Source: an uncultured Candidatus Rokubacteria bacterium (GTDB taxonomy: Bacteria; Methylomirabilota; Methylomirabilia; Rokubacteriales; CSP1-6). From it: DNA of 64,000 nucleotides. The notes beneath the pieces were generated by a model. The model worked only from the letters and a program-made list of their open reading frames with translations, was not told the DNA's origin and did not search any database. Below, piece after piece: positions 1 through 9,491 of the stretch (its first letter is position 1; each line of letters begins with the position of its first letter). Both the position numbers and the translations under genes were made by a program. The stretch lies in contig CAVWFS010000018.1 in assembly GCA_963754315.1 (NCBI GenBank), forward strand, positions 736,001 through 800,000. The letters run 5' to 3'.

Positions 1-617
1 GATTGCTCGCTCCTCCGGTGTCAGGCTGCGCAGCGGACTTCCCATGTCCTTCAGGGGCCCAGACTTGATGGCGGTGGTGGTCACCCCGATCTTCTGCAGA
101 AGGCCGTCGGCGTTGACGGTGAGCAGGATCACGCCGATGGAGCCGGTCACGGTCGTGGGATGGGCAACGATGGTATCGGCGGCCAGGGCCAGATAGTAGC
201 CACCGGAAGCGGCCACATCCATCATCACGGCGACGATGGGCGTCTTGTTGCGCCGACGGAACGTGTCGATCTCGTGGAACAGGATGTCGGAGGCCGTCAC
301 CGTACCGCACCGGGACTGTTGATCTTGATGACGAGAGCCCGGACCTTGGGGTCTCGCGAGGCCTTCTGCAGTTCCTCTCGAACACGGACGAGGAGGGGAA
401 CGCGCGGCGGCGCAGTACCCAAGGTGAGGCTGCCTGACCCGACCTCATCGGTCAGCAAGCCCGAGAAATCCATCAAGAGGATCTTGTTCTCTCCTCGGCC
501 CTCCACCGTCTGCTCCTCGAGAGGCTGGATGCGTGGAGTGAGGTCGATAGACACGACCGAGCAGCCGCCGGCGAGGACGAGCAGGATTGCCACGAACGAC
601 GAGCGCAGCATGGTCAT
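1..617 (-). CDS. sppA: Signal peptide peptidase SppA (S49), lipoprotein; frameshift near 305; runs off window start
   Basis: Lipobox LAGGC and KINSPG. A shifted frame continues TVTASDILFHEI...MDVAASGGYYLALAADTIVAHPTTVTGSIGV...KSGPLKDMGSP, which are S49 motifs. Confidence 0.85.
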
Positions 618-654
618 GCCTCAGTATACTCGGAGGATTAGGAGCCTTCGCGCA

Positions 655-1623
655 ATGACAGACAACGTGACTCTCGACCAGGTACGTGCGGCCGCCCACC
701 GCCTGGCGGATCGCATCGTGCGAACACCGGTGGTCGTTTCGCAGTCGTTCAACACCGCCAGTGGCTATTCGGTCTTCTTCAAGTGCGAGAATCTCCAGCG
801 CGCCGGATCGTTCAAGATCCGTGGAGCCCTGAACAAGATCGCCAGCCTCAACGATCGCGAGCGGGCCCGCGGTGTGGTCGCTTTCTCGTCCGGTAACCAT
901 GCCCAGGGCGTGGCATTGGCGGCGCGCATGCTGGAAACCACCGCGCTCATCTGCATGCCCAGGGACGCCCCTACCCTCAAGGTGGAGGCGACCCGGAGCT
1001 ACGGCGCCGAAATCGTCTTTTACGACCGTCTGACGGACGATCGTGAGGCCATGGGACGTCGCCTGGCCGAGGAGCGTGGGGCCGTCTTGGTCCCGCCCTA
1101 TGACGATTACGTTGTCATGGCCGGGCAGGGCACCGCCGCCCTCGAACTGCTCGACGAGGTGGGGACGCTCGACGGGATGGTGACGCCGGTGGGTGGAGGG
1201 GGCCTCATGGCCGGGTGCAGCACGGTAGTCCGTGCGCTCGCGCCCGGGGTTCTCGTGGTGGGGGTGGAGGCGGAGTCCGCCAATGACACGTTTCTGTCGT
1301 TCGCGAAGGGGGAACGAGTGGCAATCCCACCTCCGGCCACCATGGCCGATGGAATCCGCGTGACCGTGCCGGGCGCACTGACCTTCCCGATACTGCGCCG
1401 GAACGTGGCCGAGATTGCCCTCGTGTCCGAGAAGGAGATCGCGGCAGCGGTGCGCTTCCTGGCCCTGCGCGCCAAGCTCGTGGTCGAGCCGACGGGCGCC
1501 GTGGGCGCCGCCGCTGTCCTGTCCGGCAAGCTCCACCTTCCCCGCGGGGCTCGTGTGGGAGTTGTTCTCTCCGGCGGGAACATCGACCCGCCGCTCCTGG
1601 CCGAGCTGCTGACGGGATCCTAG
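655..1623 (+). CDS. PLP-dependent threonine/serine dehydratase or serine racemase family protein
   Basis: KCENLQRAGSFKIRGA, SSGNHAQG, PVGGGGL, VEPTGA, SGGN. ATG 655 follows an AGGAG RBS. Confidence 0.9.
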   Translation: MTDNVTLDQVRAAAHRLADRIVRTPVVVSQSFNTASGYSVFFKCENLQRAGSFKIRGALNKIASLNDRERARGVVAFSSGNHAQGVALAARMLETTALICMPRDAPTLKVEATRSYGAEIVFYDRLTDDREAMGRRLAEERGAVLVPPYDDYVVMAGQGTAALELLDEVGTLDGMVTPVGGGGLMAGCSTVVRALAPGVLVVGVEAESANDTFLSFAKGERVAIPPPATMADGIRVTVPGALTFPILRRNVAEIALVSEKEIAAAVRFLALRAKLVVEPTGAVGAAAVLSGKLHLPRGARVGVVLSGGNIDPPLLAELLTGS

Positions 1624-1635
1624 CGCTTCTGCGTG

Positions 1636-2571
1636 CTATCGCGAGTGGAAATCGGGGACGACCTCGGCCGCGAGGCGCTCGAGTTGCTCGAGCACGCGCT
1701 CAGGCGGGCACATCGGGCGGAGGATGAACTTCGAGCCTCCGCCCTTGACATATTGCTCGAGTCGCTCCCGCACGAGTTCGGGAGGTCCGAACGCTGTGCA
1801 CTGCGCTAGGGTCGCGTCGTCGACCCGGTTGCGTGGTACGAACGGGGCAGCGCTGGCGGCTGCCGCTCGCGGGTCGTCGTCCAGGCAGTAGTAGAAGAGT
1901 GCTCCGAAGTGGTCCAGCGGAACCTCGCGCCCGGCCTCGGCTGCAAAGGCAAGGGTCTTCTCCACGCCGATGCGAAACGCTTCGGGGGTGATGAACGATG
2001 GAATCCACCCGTCGCCGAGGCGGCCGGTGCGACGCATCGCTGCCTCGCTGTTGCCGCCGATCCAGACGGGCATGGGCTCCTGCACGGGGCGCGGGAGCAC
2101 GGTGATGCGATCGAGATCCCAAAATTCGCCGGCGAGGGTGGTCTCCTCGCCGCTCCAGCAGGCCCGCATGATGCGGATGGCCTCATCCGTCCGTCGCGCG
2201 CGCTCCCGGAACGGCACCCCGGCGGCCCGGAACTCGCGGTCCTGCTCGACGCCCACGCCGACCGCGGGCAGCATGCGGCCCCCGGACAGGTAGTCGATCA
2301 TGGCGATCTCGCGGGCGAGGACCACCGGCGAGCGAAAGGGCGCGATCAGCACGCTCGGACCGAACTTGAGCCGTCGCGTCCGCGCGGCCACGGCGGCCAT
2401 GGTCGTCATGGGCTCGGGGACGGGAATCGGCGAGGAGAGCCGCTCCGAGAACCACACGGAGTCGATGCCGCTCCGCTCGCACAGATCGATGAAGCGCCAG
2501 AGAAAGTCACTCCCCGAGGGACCCCCAGGCCACGGGCCCGGCATCACGCCGATGCGGTACTTGATGTCCAT
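1636..2571 (-). CDS. LLM-class (luciferase-like) flavin-dependent oxidoreductase
   Basis: SVWFSE, RSPVVLAREIAMIDYLSGGR, PVWIGGNSEAAMRRTGRLGDGW. Confidence 0.85.
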   Translation of the reverse strand: MDIKYRIGVMPGPWPGGPSGSDFLWRFIDLCERSGIDSVWFSERLSSPIPVPEPMTTMAAVAARTRRLKFGPSVLIAPFRSPVVLAREIAMIDYLSGGRMLPAVGVGVEQDREFRAAGVPFRERARRTDEAIRIMRACWSGEETTLAGEFWDLDRITVLPRPVQEPMPVWIGGNSEAAMRRTGRLGDGWIPSFITPEAFRIGVEKTLAFAAEAGREVPLDHFGALFYYCLDDDPRAAAASAAPFVPRNRVDDATLAQCTAFGPPELVRERLEQYVKGGGSKFILRPMCPPERVLEQLERLAAEVVPDFHSR

Positions 2572-2616
2572 GGGCGGACTGTAGCACGAAGGATTTCTGC
2601 CAGGTACCCTGGGAGT

Positions 2617-3547
2617 GTGCTGCTCGACTTCCTGAACGAGCACTTTGGCCATCCCGGGATCGTGTGGTTCGAGCAGGGGAACGGCGGGCTGCTCAGGGCG
2701 GTCCATCACGACTTCGTCCGCCTCTGGCCATGTCTATCTCCAGGGCGCGCACGTAACGCACTACCACCCGCACGGAGCCCTTCCCGTGCTGTTTACGAGT
2801 TCGCGAAGCCGCTTCACCTCCGGTCGGCCCATCCGGGGGGGCGTGCCTATCGTCTTTCCCTGGTTCGGTCCGCATCCGAGCGATCCCCACGCGCCTGACC
2901 ATGGGTTCGCCCGGATTCTCGAGTGGTCGGTCGAGGCCGTGGAGCCTTCCGACGAGACGGTCACTATGACCTTAGGTCTGTCGGCCACTCCGACGACGCA
3001 CGCGACCTGGCCCCGTGACTTCGGGCTTCGCTATCGAATCACGGTGGGGGCCACCCTCGACCTCGCTCTGGAAGTCGAGAACCGTTCGGGCGAGACCGTC
3101 ACCTTCCAGGAGGCGCTGCATACATATTGCCTGGTGGGCGACGTCGAGCTGGTGACCGTGCACGGACTCGACGATGTGACCTACATCGACAAAGCGGACG
3201 GCATGCGGCGAAAGGTGGAGGGTTCAGGCGGCGCCCGAATCCGAAACCTCACGGACCGGGTGTACCTCGATACACGGACGCGCTGTGTCGTCGACGACCC
3301 TACCTGGGAACGGCGACTCCTCGTCGACAAAGAGGGCTCCCACTCCACGGTTCTGTGGAACCCGGGTCGAGAGACCGCGCGAAACATGGCCGATCTGGGC
3401 GATGACGAGTGGCGTTCGATGATCTGTGTGGAGACCGCAAACGCTGCCGACAATGCCGTACGCCTCGGCGCGGGCCAGCGTCACCTCATGCGTGCCTGTA
3501 TCTCGGTGCAGGGTGGAGTCGCGTCGCACCCATCCCGTGCGTCGTGA
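2617..3547 (+). CDS. D-hexose-6-phosphate mutarotase (aldose 1-epimerase family); +1 frameshift near 2704
   Basis: YLQGAHVT, IRGGVPIVFPWFG, HGFAR, EALHTY, TDRVY, WNPG, CVE. The N-terminus (LNEHF...FEQGNGGL) lies in another frame from GTG 2617, which is preceded by TACCCT. Confidence 0.85.
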
Positions 3548-3575
3548 TCCAACGAAGTGGCGCGGGGAACGGGTC

Positions 3576-4172
3576 TCACCGCCCGAGAATGCGCTGCGTG
3601 AGCGCCTGGGTGGCGGCGGCGAGCATCTGAGTCCGGTCTCGCCGCTGCGAGCGGCGCGGGTTCGCACAATCGGCCTCCAGTTCGGTCACATCGAGATCCC
3701 CTCCCGGAGCCACCGCGACGCGGGACGCCCCGTCGCTCACCCGGACAACCTGCACCCCCTGACTCCACACGGTGGTGATGGCGCGGAACGGGCGGGGGCT
3801 GTCCGTACAGAAGGCGGCGTCGCGCCGCGAGACCCTCAGGTCGATGATGATCACATGATCAGCTTGCACCTGCCGGGCGCGGGCAAGAGCGGTCCGCGTG
3901 TCGAAGCGCTCGCCGGGCGCGACGCGTTGGAGGTCAGTAGGCGGGGAGCCGTACTCGTCGAAGGCGGCCACCAGCGCTCCCTCGTACGTGTCGGCAAGCG
4001 CCTCGCGTTCCCGGTCATTCAGATCCGGCCAACCCGCCACGCGTATGAAAACGGCCGGCTGACGGATCTGACGAGCGCTGAAGTCGGGAGCCCTCGGCAA
4101 GGAGGTGGGAGTGGAGCCAGGAGAGGTACAGGCCGCAGCCAGAAGCGCAATGCCGAGCAGGACTCCCCGCAC
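3576..4172 (-). CDS. Hypothetical lipoprotein
   Basis: GTG 4172 gives VRGVLLGIALLAAAC (lipobox). No recognised domain. Confidence 0.65.
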   Translation of the reverse strand: MRGVLLGIALLAAACTSPGSTPTSLPRAPDFSARQIRQPAVFIRVAGWPDLNDREREALADTYEGALVAAFDEYGSPPTDLQRVAPGERFDTRTALARARQVQADHVIIIDLRVSRRDAAFCTDSPRPFRAITTVWSQGVQVVRVSDGASRVAVAPGGDLDVTELEADCANPRRSQRRDRTQMLAAATQALTQRILGR

Positions 4173-4206
4173 TGGACGCGACCCCCGAATACGATACAAT
4201 GATCCC

Positions 4207-4584
4207 ATGAGACGGGTGGTGGTTCTCCTAGCCCTTGGATTCGTGGTGATGGGCATCCTCCCCGTCCAGGCCCAGGAGGTCAGGATAGATCGCACGCCGT
4301 TCGAGCGTGAACTGGGCATCATCCCGCCGACCACCGAGCCTGCCCGGAGTCGCCCCGAAGATGCCGACTACCATTCCGGCAGCGGGTCGGTCATTCTCGA
4401 CCCCGGCTTCTTCGAGAGGCTTTCCGTGAAGACGGAGACCGGTCGCTTCGGGTTGGCCGGCTGGACCTCTCCCAACTCACCCAGAGGACCCGACTACAGA
4501 GAGATCAACGGCTGGTTTACCTTGGGTCTGGCCTTCACGTGGTCCTCGCCTCCCCTGCCCGGGAAGCGACCCGCCAACCGCTGA
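4207..4584 (+). CDS. Hypothetical exported protein
   Basis: Signal peptide MRRVVVLLALGFVVMGILPVQA; TACAAT lies 6 nt upstream of the ATG. Confidence 0.65.
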   Translation: MRRVVVLLALGFVVMGILPVQAQEVRIDRTPFERELGIIPPTTEPARSRPEDADYHSGSGSVILDPGFFERLSVKTETGRFGLAGWTSPNSPRGPDYREINGWFTLGLAFTWSSPPLPGKRPANR

Positions 4585-4613
4585 CCGGACCGCTCCCGAG
4601 ACGGTCCTGATCG

Positions 4614-5183
4614 ATGGCACTCCTGCGCGGCAACCTTCACGCGCACACCACGTTCTCGGATGGGGTGCGCAGCCCGAGCGCGCTCCTGCGTGAGTACGAG
4701 GTCCTCGGGTACGACTTTCTTGCCATCACCGATCACGAGGACCACGAGAACCTGAACTATCCGGCGTATGAGCGAGCCCTGGACACGTTGACCTCGCACC
4801 TGCTCGTCTTTCGCGGACTCGAGCTCGACTACGCGCCGCTCTCGCAGCACGTGGGCCGCATCGTGGGCGAACGCGAGATGCTGCATGTGCTGAATCACCC
4901 CGCCCGCTACAAGCTCAGCGTACGGGAGACCATCGAGCGCATGCGGACCATCTCGGCGGCCGGGCTTCCGCTGGACGCGGTGGAGGTGACGGACACCGGA
5001 TTCTATCGTCCGCTCTATGATACGGACGAGATCCCGCTTGTGAAGATCGCCACCGATGATGCCCATCGCCCTCCCCACTTCGGCCGCGCCTGGATCGAAG
5101 TCGAGGCGCGGCCCGACAAGGATGCCATCCTGCGCGCAATCCGCGCCGGCGATTGCCGCAAAGTCATCGCCGCCTCGGAGTAG
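4614..5183 (+). CDS. PHP-domain phosphoesterase
   Basis: NLHAHTTFSDG, AITDH, NHP and DDAH metal-binding motifs. Confidence 0.85.
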   Translation: MALLRGNLHAHTTFSDGVRSPSALLREYEVLGYDFLAITDHEDHENLNYPAYERALDTLTSHLLVFRGLELDYAPLSQHVGRIVGEREMLHVLNHPARYKLSVRETIERMRTISAAGLPLDAVEVTDTGFYRPLYDTDEIPLVKIATDDAHRPPHFGRAWIEVEARPDKDAILRAIRAGDCRKVIAASE

Positions 5184-5235
5184 AACCTCGGGAGCGTCGC
5201 GCGGAGCGTGGGCGGCTCCGCGGGGAGGCCGCTCC

Positions 5236-5395
5236 GACGGAGCGCAGGAGCAACTCGGTGAGAGGCGGAGTGATGTCGGTCGTCCACGAGCGCCCTGTGG
5301 TAGCCTTTGGCGGCGAATACCTCCAGAGCAGCTTGGAGGATGCGCTCGCGCGTGGCGGAGCGCGAGGACTCCGCTCCGTCTTTTAGAGGAGACAT
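5236..5395 (-). pseudogene. Internally deleted TetR/AcrR-family regulator remnant
   Basis: TRERILQAALEVFAAKGYHRALVDD (start of the TetR HTH) is joined out of frame near 5279 to DITPPLTELLLRSVGA, which looks like a C-terminal helix. Confidence 0.65.
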
Positions 5396-5397
5396 CG

Positions 5398-6225
5398 ATG
5401 CGAGTAGTGCGGATCGGTCACAGCCCGGATCCTGACGACGCGTTCATGTTCTACGCGCTGACGGCAGGCAAGGTGACCATCGGGGGGATCCGCATCGAGC
5501 ACGTCCTCGAAGACATCGAATCGCTCAACCGGCGTGCCCGGACGGGCGAACTGGAGGTCACGGCCGTCTCCGCGGCCACCTACACCATGGTGGCCGACCG
5601 CTACCGGATGATGGATCCCGGTGCTTCCATGGGAAAGGGCTACGGGCCTATCCTGGTCGCGCGCGGGGCGATCGCCCCCGGCGTGCTGCCCGAGAAGGTC
5701 ATCGCCATTCCGGGCAGCCACACCACGGCCGCGCTCCTGTTGCGCCTCTACGTGGGCGATCCTCCCCTGATCGAGGTGGCCTTCGACAAGATTCCCCAGG
5801 CGGTCCTGGATGGGCAGGCGGACGTGGGCCTCCTCATCCACGAGGGTCAGATCACCCACCGCCACCTGGGGCTGACCAAGGTCCTGGATCTCGGCGAGTC
5901 GTGGGGAAAGGACACCGGGCTTCCGCTGCCGCTCGGCATCAACGTCATGCGACGCGATATGGGGGACGACGTCCACCGCGCGCTGTCGCAGGGATTGCGT
6001 GACTCCATCGCGTGGGCTCATGCCCACGTCGATGAGGCGCTCGAGTACGCCATGCGTTACGGGCGAGGGATCGACAAGGAGACGTGCCGCCGCTTCGTCC
6101 TCATGTACGTGAACGACTACACCGTGACCCTGGGGACGGAAGGGAGAGCGGCCCTGGAGCGGCTCTTCACCTTGGCTCATCAGCGGCGCCTCATCCCCGC
6201 CGTCCCGCCCATCGATCCGATTTGA
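5398..6225 (+). CDS. mqnD: 1,4-dihydroxy-6-naphthoate synthase (MqnA/MqnD family)
   Basis: GHSPDPDDAFMFYAL, DIESLN, GYGP, LIHEGQ, PLPLG, MYVN; RBS AGAGGAG. Confidence 0.85.
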   Translation: MRVVRIGHSPDPDDAFMFYALTAGKVTIGGIRIEHVLEDIESLNRRARTGELEVTAVSAATYTMVADRYRMMDPGASMGKGYGPILVARGAIAPGVLPEKVIAIPGSHTTAALLLRLYVGDPPLIEVAFDKIPQAVLDGQADVGLLIHEGQITHRHLGLTKVLDLGESWGKDTGLPLPLGINVMRRDMGDDVHRALSQGLRDSIAWAHAHVDEALEYAMRYGRGIDKETCRRFVLMYVNDYTVTLGTEGRAALERLFTLAHQRRLIPAVPPIDPI

Positions 6226-6235
6226 CCGGCGCCCG

Positions 6236-7330
6236 CTAGTACGTTTTCAGTAGCTCGTATTCCGTGGTGCGCTGGGCGGGCGTGAAGCCCGCGTCCCGGA
6301 TGAGGTCCACCATCTCCTCGATGCCGATCGTATTCACATAGGCGGCCGCTTTGTGGACATTCTCCTCGAACAGGGTTCCGCCCCAGTCATCGGCGCCGAA
6401 GTGCAGGGCGATCTGCCCCGCCCGCTTGCCCTCCGAGAACCACGAGGCCTGGATGTGGTCAACGTTGTCGAGATAGAGCCGGGAGGCGGCCAGCATGCGG
6501 AGGTACATGTTTGGACCCTGGTAGTGCTTGATCCATTTCTCGAGCAGGGTGTGTCCAGGCTTGAACGACCACGGGACGAAGGCGGTGAAGCCCCGGTGCT
6601 CGTCCTGCAGACTCCGCACGGCCTCCCAGTGATCGATCACATCGTCCACCTGCTCGACGTGGCCGTACATCATGGTGGCCGTGCTCTTGAAGCCGCGGCG
6701 ATGCGCGTCCCGGTGGACGTCGAGCCAGGCGGCCGGGCTACCTTTCTTGGGTGCGATGCGCGTTCGCACCCGCGCGGAGAGGATCTCGGCGCCGCCGCCG
6801 GGAAGGGTACGCTGGCCGGCCTCGTACAGCCGATCAAGCACCTGACCGATGGTGAGGCCGCTCACGGTGGCCATGGTCTGGATCTCGGAGGCGGTGAAGA
6901 AGTGTGGCGTCACCTCGGGAAATCGCCGCCGCGTCTCCCGCACCAGACTGAGATAGTACTCGAGCGGGAGGGCGGGGTTGTGGCCGCCCTGGAGGAGGAC
7001 CGTAGTCGCACCTCGGCTGGCCGCCGACTCGATCTTGGCCAGCACCTCGTCGACGGTGAGCGTATACGCTTCGGGGTCGCCGGGTCGTCGGTAGAAGGCG
7101 CAGAACTGGCAGTCGGTGATGCAGACGTTCGTGTAGTTCGGGTTGGAGTCGATGACGAAGGTCACTCGGCGCTCGGGAATGCGTGCGAAGCGGGCGGTCT
7201 GGGCCAGGGACCCGAGCTCGAGCAGCGGTGCTTCGGCCAGGAGCCAGTGACCGTCGGTCCGATCGAGACGCTGCTGGCGTTCGACCTTGGCGCGCACCTC
7301 TGCGGCGGTGGCCCTCATCGTCAGTTCCAT
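6236..7330 (-). CDS. mqnC: Cyclic dehypoxanthine futalosine synthase (radical SAM)
   Basis: NYTNVCITDCQFCAFYR, LLQGG, PGGGAEIL, TATMMYGH, HIQASW, EENV. Confidence 0.88.
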   Translation of the reverse strand: MELTMRATAAEVRAKVERQQRLDRTDGHWLLAEAPLLELGSLAQTARFARIPERRVTFVIDSNPNYTNVCITDCQFCAFYRRPGDPEAYTLTVDEVLAKIESAASRGATTVLLQGGHNPALPLEYYLSLVRETRRRFPEVTPHFFTASEIQTMATVSGLTIGQVLDRLYEAGQRTLPGGGAEILSARVRTRIAPKKGSPAAWLDVHRDAHRRGFKSTATMMYGHVEQVDDVIDHWEAVRSLQDEHRGFTAFVPWSFKPGHTLLEKWIKHYQGPNMYLRMLAASRLYLDNVDHIQASWFSEGKRAGQIALHFGADDWGGTLFEENVHKAAAYVNTIGIEEMVDLIRDAGFTPAQRTTEYELLKTY

Positions 7331-8400
7331 ACGTGCAGCACGTTGTAGAGCGCGTCCCGCTCCACCGGAACCTTGCCGGCATCCCGAATCATCCGGAAGA
7401 GCTGTTCCCGCGCCACTCCGGCCGGCGTCTCTGCCCCGGCCATGTGCTGGATGCGCTCGTCTTCTAGGGTGCCGTTGATGTCGTCGGCGCCGAAGTGCAA
7501 CGCGATCGACGTGGTCTCCTCCCCCAACACCACCCAGTAGGCCTCGATGTGCGGAAAGTTGTCGAGGAGCAAGCGGGCTGCGGCAATGGTGCGTAGGCTA
7601 TCGGTGGGAGGCGTCTGGCGCGGCACCAGCTTGGTACTACCAACCTGGTAGGCGAGCGGCACGAAGGTGAGGAAACCGCCGGAGCGGTCCTGTTGCTCGC
7701 GCAGGCGGATGAGATGCTCAACCCGCTCGGCCATCGTCTCCACGTGGCCGTACAACATGGTGGCGTTGGTCTTGATTCCGAGGGTGTGGGCGATGCCGTG
7801 GATCTCGCACCAGCGGTCGGGATCGGCCTTGCCTGTATAGTGGAGAAGCCGGGCGAGGCGCGCGGAGAAGATCTCGGCGCCGCCGCCGGGCATCGACTGC
7901 AAGCCCGCGGCCTGCAGGCGTCCCAGCGACTCCTTGGGCTCGATCTTCCAGCGCCGCCAGAAGTAGTCGATCTCGGCGGCCGTGAACGCCTTGATCTGTA
8001 CCTGGGGATGCGCGGCATGGATGGCGCCGATGATGCGCTCGTAGTACTCGAAGGGCCAGTCGGGGTGGTGGCCGCCCACGATGTGAACCTCCCGGCAGTC
8101 GGGCTTCACCATGGCCACCATGTCCTCGATGGTGTGCTCGTAGGCGCCGACCTGCCCCTTCTTACGTGCGAAGTCGCAGAAGCGGCACGACAGCACGCAG
8201 AGGTTGGTCGGGGTGATGTGGCGGTTCATGACAAAGTACACACGCTCGCCCTCGCGCCGTGACTTCAGAGTGTCCGCCATGCGTCCGACGCCCAGGAGAT
8301 CCTGGGTCTCGAACAGCAACAGACCGTCCTCGCGGCTGAGCCGTTCGCCCGCTCCGGCCCGATCCCAGACTCCCTTCAGGCGCGGATCGCTGAAATGCAC
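7321..8400 (-). CDS. mqnE: Aminofutalosine synthase (radical SAM)
   Basis: TNLCVLSCRFC, EVHIVGG, KAFTAAEI, NATMLYGH, AYW, ERIQHMAGA, PVERDALY. Confidence 0.88.
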   Translation of the reverse strand: MHFSDPRLKGVWDRAGAGERLSREDGLLLFETQDLLGVGRMADTLKSRREGERVYFVMNRHITPTNLCVLSCRFCDFARKKGQVGAYEHTIEDMVAMVKPDCREVHIVGGHHPDWPFEYYERIIGAIHAAHPQVQIKAFTAAEIDYFWRRWKIEPKESLGRLQAAGLQSMPGGGAEIFSARLARLLHYTGKADPDRWCEIHGIAHTLGIKTNATMLYGHVETMAERVEHLIRLREQQDRSGGFLTFVPLAYQVGSTKLVPRQTPPTDSLRTIAAARLLLDNFPHIEAYWVVLGEETTSIALHFGADDINGTLEDERIQHMAGAETPAGVAREQLFRMIRDAGKVPVERDALYNVLHVWN

Positions 8401-8445
8401 CCCTTGGCCTCCTTCGGCAGACGGGAGCAGGACTGGTTCTCTCCC

Positions 8446-8493
8446 GACCGACCAGTCGGTCTGACTCTAGCCAGGGCTCCCTGAACCTGTCAA
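8446..8493 (-). promoter_or_regulatory. Sigma70-type promoter of mqnE-mqnC with a palindromic operator
   Basis: Minus strand TTGACA (8493-8488)-N18-TAGAGT (8469-8464), then the palindrome GACCGAC-N2-GTCGGTC (8446-8461) over the predicted start site. Confidence 0.7.
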
Positions 8494-8601
8494 GAAAGGA
8501 GGCGGACGGGACCGGATTCGCAGGCCCCTGGGGCGGGTGCCCCGGCGGGGCGACGGCTCGCGGAGCGGGAACAGCGATCGTCCGTGGTATCCTTTGCCGG
8601 C

Positions 8602-9051
8602 ATGGCCGCGGACTCGCGCCGTTTTTTTGATGAGATAGCGGTTGGCGAGGAGTACGAGTCGCCCGGCCGTACGGTCACCGAGACGGATATCGTGATCTTC
8701 GCGGGCTTATCCGGCGACTATAACGTCCTGCACACCGACGCCGAGTTCATGAAGACGTCCATCTTCGGCGAACGAATTGCCCACGGCCTTCTCGGTCTGG
8801 CCATCCAGTCGGGACTCCTGGGCCGTGCCATGCCACCCTACGCCACCCTGGCCTTTGTCGGTGTCCGGTGGAAGTTCAAGGGACCGATCAAGATCGGCGA
8901 CACTATCCGAGTGCAGGCGAGAGTGGCGGCGAAGCGCGAGACCTCCAAGCCGGACCGGGGACTGATTACCCTCGAGCGGAGGGTGCTCAACCAGCGCGAC
9001 GAGGTGGTTCAGGAAGGTGAGACGGATCTCCTGATAGAGTGCCGCCCGTGA
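8602..9051 (+). CDS. MaoC-family (hotdog) dehydratase
   Basis: GRTVTETDIVIFAGLSGDYNVLH, FGERIAHG, PIKIGDTI. Confidence 0.88.
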   Translation: MAADSRRFFDEIAVGEEYESPGRTVTETDIVIFAGLSGDYNVLHTDAEFMKTSIFGERIAHGLLGLAIQSGLLGRAMPPYATLAFVGVRWKFKGPIKIGDTIRVQARVAAKRETSKPDRGLITLERRVLNQRDEVVQEGETDLLIECRP

Positions 9052-9476
9052 ATGACCCCCCTTCGCCCCACCGAGCCTACTTCGAAGACGTCAGGATCGG
9101 GGAGTCCGTCGAAACGCCGGCCCTGACTGTTACCGAGGCCCACATCGCCCTCTATCGAGGCCTCACCGACGAGCGGAGCAGTTCGACCTCGTCTGTACCC
9201 GATCTGTTACCGCTCTGCTTGTCGACGGGCCTGGGCTGGCGCCTGAATCGCGCGCCCCTGGCCGTTCTCGCCTTCATGAGTATCGACTGGCGTATCGAAC
9301 GAGCTCTGCGGGCGGGTGACACCATTCGCAGCCGGGCCCGCGCGGTGGCCAAGCGATCGCTGCGGGAAAATGGCGTCCTCATCGAGGAACACGCAATCGT
9401 CAACCAGCACGGTGAGGCTGTCCAGCATGGGCGCTTCACCTTTCTCGTCGCCAAGCGACCCTCGTCATCATCCTGA
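9048..9476 (+). CDS. MaoC-like hotdog protein lacking the D-x-N-x-x-H motif
   Basis: YFEDVRIGE, TVTEAHI, GDTIR, NQHGE; GTGA overlap with the upstream gene. Confidence 0.75.
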   Translation: MNDPPSPHRAYFEDVRIGESVETPALTVTEAHIALYRGLTDERSSSTSSVPDLLPLCLSTGLGWRLNRAPLAVLAFMSIDWRIERALRAGDTIRSRARAVAKRSLRENGVLIEEHAIVNQHGEAVQHGRFTFLVAKRPSSSS

Positions 9477-9491
9477 CTCAAGGAGAGCATC

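Noticed and set aside
160..654. 165-aa N-terminal extension of the dehydratase ORF
   Set aside because: It is antisense to sppA, and the true start at 655 has an RBS
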